From Candidatus Hodarchaeota archaeon (lineage in GTDB: Archaea > Asgardarchaeota > Lokiarchaeia > Sigyniarchaeales > SOKP01): DNA of 64,000 nt. Below, piece by piece: positions 20,913 to 30,714 of this stretch. Made by a program: the position numbers and the translations under genes. Below the pieces are notes generated by a model. It ran no database searches. It saw nothing but the letters and a program-made list of their open reading frames with translations, and was not told where the DNA came from. Within the stretch, counting starts at the first letter, position 1; every line of letters begins with the position of its first letter. Location of the stretch: assembly GCA_048886685.1 (NCBI GenBank), contig JBHLKM010000005.1:170958-234957 (forward strand). Direction: 5' to 3'.

Positions 20913-21626
20913 GTGAATTCAATTAGAGAACCTAGGGACTATATTTGGGTTCTTCCTCTTATTGGTGGTGTATTAATCCTTATCTCTTTTTTTACCCCGG
21001 CCTTATATGCTGATCAAATGGGAATTGAAGAATACTATTGGATGTGGGGATTGTGGTATGGATCCGCTGCTGGTTATGGTTCTGATACTCTTTTTATCGC
21101 TACAGAAGAACCTTCTAAGTATATGATGCCTATATTTTACTCAGGACTGATTCCTGCGGTATTAATATTAATAGGATCAATAATACTTATTGCTTCTTCC
21201 AACGCTGTTAGAACAGGTAGAAGAGACATTAAAAACGCTGAAAACGGATGGATAGGGATGGGAATTATGATGATCGTAGCCTCAATAATCTATATTATTG
21301 CAATAGATATTACTGTGATGAACTATGTAGAATATGCATATGGAACTTTACCACCAGGTCTCGACCTTTGGGACGTATATGAACCTGGATTTGCGGTTAT
21401 CGCCCCATTTATTGGAGCTGTATTGTCTATTAGTGGAAGTATTGCTAGCAAAACTATCAAACCCAGAAGAGAACCTATCTTTGTCGGAGAAAAAAAGGAG
21501 ATCATTACTAAAAAGCCAATAGGCGAAGTTTCTCATGAAATTAACTTCTGTTCTGAATGTGGTCATCAACTTTTGTATAAAGGAAGTAAATTTTGCTCAA
21601 ATTGTGGAAGTGAAATAAAATATTAA
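20913..21626 (+). CDS. membrane protein with C-terminal zinc ribbon
   Basis: Four hydrophobic segments; FCSECG...FCSNCG. Confidence 0.8.
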   Translation: MNSIREPRDYIWVLPLIGGVLILISFFTPALYADQMGIEEYYWMWGLWYGSAAGYGSDTLFIATEEPSKYMMPIFYSGLIPAVLILIGSIILIASSNAVRTGRRDIKNAENGWIGMGIMMIVASIIYIIAIDITVMNYVEYAYGTLPPGLDLWDVYEPGFAVIAPFIGAVLSISGSIASKTIKPRREPIFVGEKKEIITKKPIGEVSHEINFCSECGHQLLYKGSKFCSNCGSEIKY

Positions 21627-21740
21627 TGAATCCTCAATAACGTGTTAAAATTTACATTTATTTTTTTTTGATAGTTGATTTGAAGAAAGCAGATACTTGA
21701 ACGCATCAATTCTAATTAAAAACAGTAGAAAAAAATTGAT

Positions 21741-22355
21741 TTATGCTGCTTCCATTGACTTTCCTGAAAGCTTTTTATAGTGATTTAGGACTGCTTGACG
21801 AGCCGCATAAACAAAAGCTCTTTTTACATTAATTCCTTGAATAGCAATTGTTTCATAAATTAAAGTATGGTCCAAATGAGCTGTATCAAGGGCTTTCCGG
21901 ATTTTGGCTATTTCTACGATATCTTCTAAATCTCGTTTATTAGCTAAAACTACCATTGGTACCTCAGGAGGATCAAATGGTTTTGTTGGTATTAGCTTAT
22001 CTCCATAAAATCGAAGTAATTCCTTTAAGCTCCAAATGTTCTCCGACCATTGGTCTATTAAGCTGTCCCAGGTAAATATACACGCATCTGTACCTTTAAG
22101 AACTGTTTGACGTTGAAATTTATGGCGACGTTGACCTGCAACGGTATATACTTGGAATACAACGTTGGAAACACGTGCTACGACACGATCAAAAAATAAT
22201 GTTCGTCCTGTGGGATCTTGTATCTGTTGCATATCTCCAGAGGCTAATCCTTCACGGCGATATACCCAATCCAATGCTGTTGTCTTTCCCCCTAAAGAAG
22301 GTCCGTAGAAACAAATTTTGAATACAAGTGTTCCATCTCCACGACGACTAGGCAA
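21741..22355 (-). CDS. MglA-family small GTPase
   Basis: GPSLGGKTT, GRTLFFD, YTVAGQ, NKRD: MglA-type G2/G3 motifs. Confidence 0.9.
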   Translation of the reverse strand: MPSRRGDGTLVFKICFYGPSLGGKTTALDWVYRREGLASGDMQQIQDPTGRTLFFDRVVARVSNVVFQVYTVAGQRRHKFQRQTVLKGTDACIFTWDSLIDQWSENIWSLKELLRFYGDKLIPTKPFDPPEVPMVVLANKRDLEDIVEIAKIRKALDTAHLDHTLIYETIAIQGINVKRAFVYAARQAVLNHYKKLSGKSMEAA

Positions 22356-22574
22356 AATTATCGAACCTTGATTTTTAAATTACTAGTAAATTAAAATTAA
22401 ATCTTATAAAATCTATAAAACTCTTTTAATATAAAAATTTGCAAAAGAAAAGTTTTGCGATTTTTAAGTAAAAAAAACCTTGTTCTTATTTGTATTTACT
22501 TCTAATATCCAAATATTATTAATAGAATGTAAATTTTTCAAATCAAGTATTAAAATGTATGAGATGAAAAATAC

Positions 22575-23291
22575 ATGTTCTGTAAAATCAATGGGGTAAA
22601 TATTCCTCTCGTATCAACAGGAACATCCCCTTTTTTTGGACCTCCTACTTTCGGAAACAGAGCTCAGGCTTACCGAGATAAGTTTATGACTAATGCTGAT
22701 GCAATGCTTGAAATCATGGAAGCATGTTATGAAGCTGGAGGGCGAGGTATTGAAGCAGTGCCTGGTGGTGCGGTTTGTAAAGCTGCTAAAATAATGAAAG
22801 AAACTCACAGTGATTACGTGGTGACCGGTTCTACTTTGCCAGGACCTAATCCCAATATTGAGGACTTAATTGATATTGATGCTAAAGTAATTTTTGTGCA
22901 TGGTGCTAATTCAGATCGAAAAAATGAAACGCTTCTCAAGTTATTAGATGATATTTCCTCTCGAGGAGTCATCCCCGGAGTGGCTACTCATAATCCACTG
23001 TCTACTATAAATTACATTTTTGAAAACGCACCTGAAGTAAAAGTATTTTTAATCCCATTCAATGCAAATGGATTTATGATGGGAGATAAAATCGCTTTAG
23101 AAGAATTGGTTGATACAAATACGAATTGTTATTTTATAGCTATGAAATCTTTAGACACAGGACGTTTAAAACCACAAAAAGCATATGATTATATTTCTCA
23201 ACATAATATCTGTGCTGTAGCAATTGGAATGGTGAAAGCTGATGAGGCACAAATTTCGACTAAGATTGCTTTAAACGCCCTACAAAAGTAA
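22575..23291 (+). CDS. hypothetical TIM-barrel (aldo/keto reductase-like) protein
   Basis: GTSPF, PGVATH, IPFNANG.MM, IAMKSL..GRL.P. Confidence 0.55.
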   Translation: MFCKINGVNIPLVSTGTSPFFGPPTFGNRAQAYRDKFMTNADAMLEIMEACYEAGGRGIEAVPGGAVCKAAKIMKETHSDYVVTGSTLPGPNPNIEDLIDIDAKVIFVHGANSDRKNETLLKLLDDISSRGVIPGVATHNPLSTINYIFENAPEVKVFLIPFNANGFMMGDKIALEELVDTNTNCYFIAMKSLDTGRLKPQKAYDYISQHNICAVAIGMVKADEAQISTKIALNALQK

Positions 23292-23292
23292 T

Positions 23293-24447
23293 TCAATAAA
23301 AAGGATTATGATATCTTCCTTCTTCTTGTCGAGGTTGATATAAGGACTTCTGTTTAATTTCTTTATCAATTAATCCTTCTATATGGCATAAATATTCATA
23401 CTCATCTTTTAAACAGAGTGTAATCGCAACTCCATGTTTACTCATTCTAGATGTTCTCCCTATTCGGTGGACATACACATCTGGAAATTTTGGAACATCG
23501 TAATTTATCACATGGCTTATATTTTCAATATCTAAACCTCTAGCGGCGACATCAGTAGCAATAAGCATATTAATTTTATGATCTCTAAAAGCTCCCAAAA
23601 TCTTCTCTCGTTGAGCTTGTGATAAATTACCAGAAATTACATTCACCCAATAATTAAATTTTCGATCAGATTTTAATTTGTTAAAAAGCCAAGCCGCTGT
23701 CTTTTTCGTATTTACGAATACTAGTGTATGTTTAGGTTTTTCTCTCTTAATGACCTTCAGAAAAGTCTCAAATTTCTCTTGGTAGTTGTCAATCATATAA
23801 TAGAATTGCTTAGTACTTCCAACGGTTATATTATCTCTACTTAAATTCAGAAAATCAAACTTGTTTCTTGAAAATTTTTTAACCAATTCTCTAATTTCTG
23901 AATAGAGTGTCGCTGAAAATAACAGAAACTGATAATTAGTTTTTATTTGGTTTAAAATATACTTCACGTCAGGAGCGAAACCCATATCCCATAATCTGTC
24001 AGCTTCGTCAAGAACGACGAACCGAATATTATCAAACCTCAGCTCTCTTCTCTTAAAAAGATCAATAATTCTACCAGGTGTCCCTACAATTATATTTACA
24101 CCGTGATGGAGTTTTCTTATTTGGTTATTAATAGAAACGCCACCATATATAGTCATTGATTTAACTCTGGGATTTTTTAGATCTCTTATAACTTCTTCAA
24201 CTTGTATAGCAAGTTCCCTAGTGGGCACTAAAATAAGAGCTTCATTGGTAACGTAGTTCAGGTTTTCAATTATAGGTAAGACAAATGCAAAAGTCTTTCC
24301 GCTTCCTGTTTTTGCCTGAGCCATAATATTTTGACCCTTTAAAATTAAAGGAATGGCTTGTTTTTGAACAGGTGTGGGTTTAATTATATTCAAATTCCGT
24401 AAAGCGTTAACATTTTTATTGTTAATGCCTAATTCTTCAAAATTCAG
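23293..24447 (-). CDS. DEAD-box RNA helicase (start extended to CTG at 24447)
   Basis: AKTGSGKT, PTRELA, TPGR, DEAD, SAT, ARGLD, HRIGRT; Q-motif NFEELG lies upstream of the track start 24393. Confidence 0.93.
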   Translation of the reverse strand: MNFEELGINNKNVNALRNLNIIKPTPVQKQAIPLILKGQNIMAQAKTGSGKTFAFVLPIIENLNYVTNEALILVPTRELAIQVEEVIRDLKNPRVKSMTIYGGVSINNQIRKLHHGVNIIVGTPGRIIDLFKRRELRFDNIRFVVLDEADRLWDMGFAPDVKYILNQIKTNYQFLLFSATLYSEIRELVKKFSRNKFDFLNLSRDNITVGSTKQFYYMIDNYQEKFETFLKVIKREKPKHTLVFVNTKKTAAWLFNKLKSDRKFNYWVNVISGNLSQAQREKILGAFRDHKINMLIATDVAARGLDIENISHVINYDVPKFPDVYVHRIGRTSRMSKHGVAITLCLKDEYEYLCHIEGLIDKEIKQKSLYQPRQEEGRYHNPFY

Positions 24448-24536
24448 TTTATTTCACAAAAAATTTTATCGTTTTTTCTCACAATTTCAATAAAGAAAAT
24501 GAACCTTTAAAGAAAAAGCTTTCTATAGTATTTTTT

Positions 24537-26891
24537 TTATTTAGTTTGCAATTTTTGATTAGCTTGGGGAATCAAGACGATGAAATTACTACCTTTTGTA
24601 TAATCATTTTCAACTTTATCTTCTATCCAGATTTTACCATTATATCCTTTTATAATTTTTTTTACTAATGATAATCCAATTCCCATCCCTGTTGTTCCTT
24701 TTAATTCTCTATTCCCTCGTTTGAAAATCATTTCCTTTCTATCATCAGGAATACCTATCCCATTATCCATGAATTCGATTTTAACAAATTTATTTTGCTC
24801 TACTTTTACTACAGAAGCTTCAATGATAAATTCTACTGAATGATTTTCATTATATTTTATACCATTAATAAGAATATTATCAAATACTTCACGTAGAAGT
24901 TGATTCGCATAAACCACTAATTTTTCTCCATTTGACTTATATTGGATTTTTACATTTCTCTCTTTAAAGGAATTTCTAATAAATGCAATAGAATTTTCTA
25001 ATAGAACGTTGATTTCAATATGTTCAAAAGGCTTTTGTTGTTCTTCTAGTTCAGAAAGAATATTTACATTTGAAACTAATTTTGCTCCTCTCTCAACTTG
25101 GTTCCTAATTATTTCTGTAATACTTATAATATTTTTCGATTGTTCACTCTCACCGCAATAATAAGGAATTAGCTCTGCTGAGGAGTTAATGACCGCCAAA
25201 ATATTACTCATATCATGCACAAATAAATCCTTATAGAATTGTGCACGATTATATGCCTCACGGTATTTCTCTTCAGACTCTTTTAAGGCATTTGCAGCTT
25301 TCTTTCGTTCTGTAATATCCCTTGAAATAACTAAAGCCTTTATTTCACCATCAACGTCAAAATAAGTTTTACCCTTTGACTCAATCCATACCCAATGCCC
25401 TTCCTTATGCCTAAAACGTAACTCTCCCTCACCTTCTCCTTGTTTAAACCCTTCAAATAACGCTTTTGTTATTTTTGATAAATCATCTGGATGGATAAAT
25501 TTTAATGCCGATTTTCCAAGAATATCTTCCCGGGAATAGCCTAATATTTGCCGAAAAGCAGTTTCATTTATATATTCATGTTTGAATTTCTTGTTTAGCA
25601 CTCCTATCAAATCATATGCAGTTTCTGAGATCAATCGATATTTTTCTTCGGATTCTTTTAATTTCTGTTCCGCTTGTTTACGCTTGGTAATATTTCTTGA
25701 TAATCCTAAAATCCCTGTTGCTTTTCCATCCTTATCCCGTAAAAAAGTAAATTTTGTCTCGACATTGACGATAGAACCATCTTTATGGATTTGTTCAACT
25801 TCAAATGTGCGGATACGATTTGGATCCTTGAGTTTCTTTCTTTCATTCCTTAATTCCTCTTTATATGCGTTTAACGCAATTTTCAATGAGGATGGCACAT
25901 TATAGTCCATTAAGCTTAGGTCCTTCATTTCTTCATAAGTATAACCGAGTATATTAGGAACATTTGTATCATTGTAGATTAAATTCAGATTCATATCAAA
26001 AATAAAGAGATTTTCATCTGAATTTTGAGAAATTAAACGATATCTTTCTTCTGATTGCCTTAATTTTTCTTCTGCTAATTTGCGCTGATTAATATCCCTT
26101 GAAATTATTATAGCTTTTAATTCTCCGTCTTTGTCGACAAACGTCTTTCCTTTTCCTTCAAACCATACCCAATGTCCTTCAATATGTTTAAGTCTATATT
26201 CCATTTCACCTCTTCCTTGCTTGAATCCTTCCATTAATGTTTTAACTGTTCTTGAGAGATCATCTGGGTGAACAAATTTTAATGCCGATTTCCCAATAAT
26301 ATCTACACTCGAATAGCCTAGTACTTGCATAAAAGCATTTTCATTTATGTATTCATATTTAAATTTCTTATTTAACACTGTAATTAAATCATAGGCTGTT
26401 TCAGAGATTAAGCGGTATTTTTCTTCCGATTCTTTTAACTTTCTCTCTATTTCCTTTCTCTCTGTAATATCTCGCGAAATTATAAGAGTCTTTAATTTGT
26501 TATTAACATCAACAAATCTTTTTCCTTTGACTTCCACCCATATGTAATACCCATCCTTATGTCTTACTCTTAATTCTATTTTTCCTTCTCCCTTTCTAAT
26601 TGCTTTCTTATAATATTTAAGTACACGCTGAATATCCTCCGGGTGAATTAAATTAATGGACATTGAACCTACCAGATTCTTTTTTGAATAACCTAAATGT
26701 TTTCTATGAAATACTTCATTAATATATTCAAAATTAAGGTCTTTATCTAGTATTCCGATAAAATCGTTAACATTCTCGGTAATTAATGCATATCTTTCGT
26801 TAAATTCTTGAATTTTTTTTTTCAACTTCTTTTGTTCTACGAAAAGCTTCCGAAATCTCTCTTCTACTTCAAAATTAGTACTTTTTGCCAT
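24537..26891 (-). CDS. four-PAS sensor histidine kinase
   Basis: Four PAS/PAC units, H-box FVHDMSN, N-box NILINGIKY, DNGIGI, GMGIGL. Confidence 0.95.
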   Translation of the reverse strand: MAKSTNFEVEERFRKLFVEQKKLKKKIQEFNERYALITENVNDFIGILDKDLNFEYINEVFHRKHLGYSKKNLVGSMSINLIHPEDIQRVLKYYKKAIRKGEGKIELRVRHKDGYYIWVEVKGKRFVDVNNKLKTLIISRDITERKEIERKLKESEEKYRLISETAYDLITVLNKKFKYEYINENAFMQVLGYSSVDIIGKSALKFVHPDDLSRTVKTLMEGFKQGRGEMEYRLKHIEGHWVWFEGKGKTFVDKDGELKAIIISRDINQRKLAEEKLRQSEERYRLISQNSDENLFIFDMNLNLIYNDTNVPNILGYTYEEMKDLSLMDYNVPSSLKIALNAYKEELRNERKKLKDPNRIRTFEVEQIHKDGSIVNVETKFTFLRDKDGKATGILGLSRNITKRKQAEQKLKESEEKYRLISETAYDLIGVLNKKFKHEYINETAFRQILGYSREDILGKSALKFIHPDDLSKITKALFEGFKQGEGEGELRFRHKEGHWVWIESKGKTYFDVDGEIKALVISRDITERKKAANALKESEEKYREAYNRAQFYKDLFVHDMSNILAVINSSAELIPYYCGESEQSKNIISITEIIRNQVERGAKLVSNVNILSELEEQQKPFEHIEINVLLENSIAFIRNSFKERNVKIQYKSNGEKLVVYANQLLREVFDNILINGIKYNENHSVEFIIEASVVKVEQNKFVKIEFMDNGIGIPDDRKEMIFKRGNRELKGTTGMGIGLSLVKKIIKGYNGKIWIEDKVENDYTKGSNFIVLIPQANQKLQTK

Positions 26892-27229
26892 CCTAATCTC
26901 TCATAAAATTACATTTTTAAATTTTTATTAAAGAAGATATATTCTTAATAACTTTTTCTTTAATTAAATTAAGGTACAGGGATTTTTTTTTGAATAATAT
27001 GTGCAAAGCTTTACAAAAATGTGCTTTTTTATAAAATAATATGTTAATCACTTTTAAACATATACATTCAATAATAATTTAAAGAAACTTATTTTGAAAA
27101 TTTGGGAAAAAAATATTGTAAAAGAATTTTATATGACTATTCCTCTATTTTTCTTTTGCAGAATATTAAAAAATAAGTTCTTTCATGTTAAAATAAGAAA
27201 ATTATATTCAATATTTTAAATAGAAATTA

Positions 27230-30200
27230 TTGGTTTTGAAATTGAAAGATCTATTAAAATCCTTTAATCTCTCTGATGATGCGATAAAAATTTATCTTAA
27301 AGGAATAGGCAAATTTCCAATTACATTATCAGAAATACATAAGTTTGTACCAAAATCATCGATTGATGATGCTAAAGAAACTATGGATGAATTAATTAAT
27401 AAAAAATTAGTTATTGTTTTAAAAACTAAATTTTCCAACATTTTTCCTCATTATCTTTTTCTTCCTCCATTCGCAGCAGTAATTAATGCTTTCTCCAAAT
27501 TAGATGAAGATCCTGTTGAGAATATCCCTCAAGTTAAAGGAAACAACTCTGTGATTGAAAAATTTCAGAATAATTTATTATATGATATTGAATTGATTGG
27601 TCAAGATTTAATAGAAATAATTTCAGCTCAATCTGAAAGTCATCAGACTACAGAGATTTTATCTGAAGTTGAGAAAAATGTCAAGAAATTCTCTCAAGTC
27701 TTATTAACTGAAGTTAATGAATTGATTGCTAAATTAAAATCCAGATCTATTGTAAATGAAATCGATATTGAGCGTGTATTGAGAGCTGTTAACCAGAAAA
27801 TTGAAGAATCTGAAGAAATAATTTCTAACATGTTTACTCAATTTAGAGAAATCATTAGTGAGATGGATTCGGCTAACATACCTACTCAGATTGAATCATT
27901 TAAAACATTTATAAGAAAATTAGGTGAATCTATTGATAAAAGAAGTAATGAAATTTTTCAGAATTCAATTTTTTCATCTTTAAATAACCTTCAAATGGTT
28001 GAACAATCATTATTTAATGTATTAGTAGATTATATTAGCAAAGATCAGATTTCTGTTGATAAACTACTTCCCCTGTACAGTATTGAAAAAATAAAAGAAA
28101 TAATTGTCTTTTTATTAGAAAAATGTAAAGAAAAATTAACCATAATCGTTCCAAATATAGAAGATTTTATACCCTTAGAGGAATTTGATTTAGAATATTC
28201 TGAAGACGCAGATTCTGAACTTTCAACAAGAGAAATAGTGCCAACTCAAAAGAAACCAATTGTTCCTTCAAAAGGTAAGCCTTCTATTAGTAAACAACAG
28301 AAAAAAGAATTATTAGACAAAATCGACTTTACAGCAAAACGAGTACCTGATTTAAAAGGATATGAGTTGAGTCATGATGTCGCTGATATTCTGGCAATGA
28401 TTTCAGAGATTAATCCTGAATCTTCGATCATTGAGAATGTCCAAGGCTGGCTAAATAGATTATTAGTCATAAGGAAATATCTTGATCAAAACACACAATA
28501 TTTAATATTAGAGGATATTGAGAAATGGAAGAAAAATTATTTAAAAATTAAGAAAGAAGAAGAACCAGAACAAGTTGAACAGGAAGATACTGAGAGTGGA
28601 ATAAATAATGGAAGAAAAGTTGAAATAGGAATGAGTTCTAATGGATTGAAAATGAAAATAGTCTCTTCGGAATCTCATGACAATAAGCATGTTAAGGCCT
28701 TGAAAAAGAAATATATTGAATATCTATGGCTTAAAAATAATAATATAGTTGCAATTGTTGGGGATGATTTATACTTAGCATTGGGCATTTATCAAAAAAT
28801 TAAAAACGATTTTAAATATGAAATTATTGGTTTTACTACATCTTTTAAACCATTCATAGAGTTGGTACAACCAAATATCTTAAAAATTATCAATGATGCT
28901 AAACCAACTAGGGAAATTCAGATAAATAAAGGATTTAATGAAATTATAGAGCATATAAATGATTATAGTGGAAAAAAAATATCAACAAAATTAAAGAATC
29001 TACTTAATGTAGCTTTTGAAAATGATGGAATCTCCCTTAATATTTTAGAATTTAAGTTATTGGTTGGTAAGCTAGAAAAGTTTTATTATCCCTTAGAGGA
29101 TGATATGAAAGTATACATAATTGAACAATTAAATAAATTAAACAAAGAATTTTCTTCATTAGAATTAATATATCCACCAGAATTTAAACCTCCAATTATT
29201 GAAGATATAACAAGCATAGAATTAGAAAAAGACGTTGTTTTAGAGGAGAAAGAAATAGAACCGCTGGATACTGAGAAAGTTAATAACCTTTTTGATCTAT
29301 TTTTAGAAAAAATTGATGAATTTAAAGGGATAGAGCTAAGGGATCAAATTGATAAATTCATAGAGGTTATTTTAAAATTGCAAGGTTATTCAAAAATTGT
29401 TGACTGGAAGAATAATTTATCTAACATAGAAGAAGCATTAGATGAACCACTTAAAGAAAAAATAAAACTAGATTTTCTTACTTGGAAAAAAGGGATTTTA
29501 AATCCGACCCTAATCAAGGAAAAAATAAAAACAGAAGAATTAGTTAATCAACCATCAACTCAAAAAGATTATATGTCTGAAAGTGAAGAAGAATATATAA
29601 GTCCTGGATTATCACAATCACAGTTTCAATCAGATGACTTAATTTCTTCAGAAACTACTAATCATAGCGTTGCACAAAAAATTGATCCATCTGAAAAAAT
29701 GAAAAAGGAATTTGATGAAATAGAGAATAATTTCACAGAATTAAATGGTGTTGATATTAGTAAAAAAATGCAAAACCTCGTTGATATAATTTTAGAAACT
29801 GAAGGGTATTCAATGGATCTTAAAGATATCAAGGATTGGATAAATAAACTTAAAAGAATCAGAAAACCACTTGAAGATGAGATTAAAGAAGATTTTGTAT
29901 TATCCTTTTTCAAATGGAAAGAAAAATATGTAAAAGTAGACGCAAACAACCAGGTAATAGATTTTGAACCTTCTTTTGATAGTTCAGAAGATACACAAGA
30001 TGAGTTTGGTAGTATAAGCGGAAGTGGTCTAAGTGGTAAAATTGAGAGTCTAATTCAAACCACTAGCAATTCTACAGGGATTAAATTAAGTAGTGAATTA
30101 CAGGATATATCAGATATTGTTTTACGGTCTCATGGTGCTGTAGCTGCCAACGTGATTAGACAATGGATTAGTAAATTAAGATCTATTAGAGATCTCTTAG

Positions 30201-30262
30201 AAGATGAAATCAGAGAAGAGTTTCTCGAAGAATTAGAAAAGTGGAAAGAGAAATTCACATAA
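27230..30262 (+). CDS. 1010-aa protein: TrmB-like wHTH, coiled coil, PLD-like domain and five ~65-aa helical repeats
   Basis: LLKSFNLSDDAIKIYL...ELINKKLV; KEKLTIIVP; recurring G..(I/L)S...W...L....L(E/D)...KW unit. Confidence 0.6.
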   Translation: MVLKLKDLLKSFNLSDDAIKIYLKGIGKFPITLSEIHKFVPKSSIDDAKETMDELINKKLVIVLKTKFSNIFPHYLFLPPFAAVINAFSKLDEDPVENIPQVKGNNSVIEKFQNNLLYDIELIGQDLIEIISAQSESHQTTEILSEVEKNVKKFSQVLLTEVNELIAKLKSRSIVNEIDIERVLRAVNQKIEESEEIISNMFTQFREIISEMDSANIPTQIESFKTFIRKLGESIDKRSNEIFQNSIFSSLNNLQMVEQSLFNVLVDYISKDQISVDKLLPLYSIEKIKEIIVFLLEKCKEKLTIIVPNIEDFIPLEEFDLEYSEDADSELSTREIVPTQKKPIVPSKGKPSISKQQKKELLDKIDFTAKRVPDLKGYELSHDVADILAMISEINPESSIIENVQGWLNRLLVIRKYLDQNTQYLILEDIEKWKKNYLKIKKEEEPEQVEQEDTESGINNGRKVEIGMSSNGLKMKIVSSESHDNKHVKALKKKYIEYLWLKNNNIVAIVGDDLYLALGIYQKIKNDFKYEIIGFTTSFKPFIELVQPNILKIINDAKPTREIQINKGFNEIIEHINDYSGKKISTKLKNLLNVAFENDGISLNILEFKLLVGKLEKFYYPLEDDMKVYIIEQLNKLNKEFSSLELIYPPEFKPPIIEDITSIELEKDVVLEEKEIEPLDTEKVNNLFDLFLEKIDEFKGIELRDQIDKFIEVILKLQGYSKIVDWKNNLSNIEEALDEPLKEKIKLDFLTWKKGILNPTLIKEKIKTEELVNQPSTQKDYMSESEEEYISPGLSQSQFQSDDLISSETTNHSVAQKIDPSEKMKKEFDEIENNFTELNGVDISKKMQNLVDIILETEGYSMDLKDIKDWINKLKRIRKPLEDEIKEDFVLSFFKWKEKYVKVDANNQVIDFEPSFDSSEDTQDEFGSISGSGLSGKIESLIQTTSNSTGIKLSSELQDISDIVLRSHGAVAANVIRQWISKLRSIRDLLEDEIREEFLEELEKWKEKFT

Positions 30263-30272
30263 TAAAACTAAA

Positions 30273-30680
30273 CTATTTTAATTCTATTACATAACCATTC
30301 GAATCAGTCTTAAAAATTCCTTTAGATGAATCGAGTAAAACAAATTTATTACCCCAAGGATCCTTCACAATTACACATTTACCTATTGGAATATCGAAAG
30401 GCTCTTCTATTATAGATCCTCCCGCTTCAATAAAACGTTTTGCTGCAATTTCAACAGATTTAACCATTATGTCCGTTTCAGGCTCATAATGCTCAGTGTG
30501 AATAACTAATTCAGCTTCACTTTCGGGGATTTTTAACCCTATACTTGATTCTTTTCTCCATATCAATTTATGATCAAGTTTATCTCTATAAAATTTCAAC
30601 CCATCCTCTAAATTAGAAACAGGAATTCTGATACAATCCACTTTACGAAATAATGCATCTTTATCTGATTTATTTACCAT
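30273..30680 (-). CDS. VOC/glyoxalase family protein
   Basis: IPVSNLEDGLKFYRDKL, EPFDIPIG, VKDPWGN. Confidence 0.9.
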   Translation of the reverse strand: MVNKSDKDALFRKVDCIRIPVSNLEDGLKFYRDKLDHKLIWRKESSIGLKIPESEAELVIHTEHYEPETDIMVKSVEIAAKRFIEAGGSIIEEPFDIPIGKCVIVKDPWGNKFVLLDSSKGIFKTDSNGYVIELK

Positions 30681-30714
30681 AAGTTTGTATTAACATCTAT
30701 GATTTTAAATTTTC

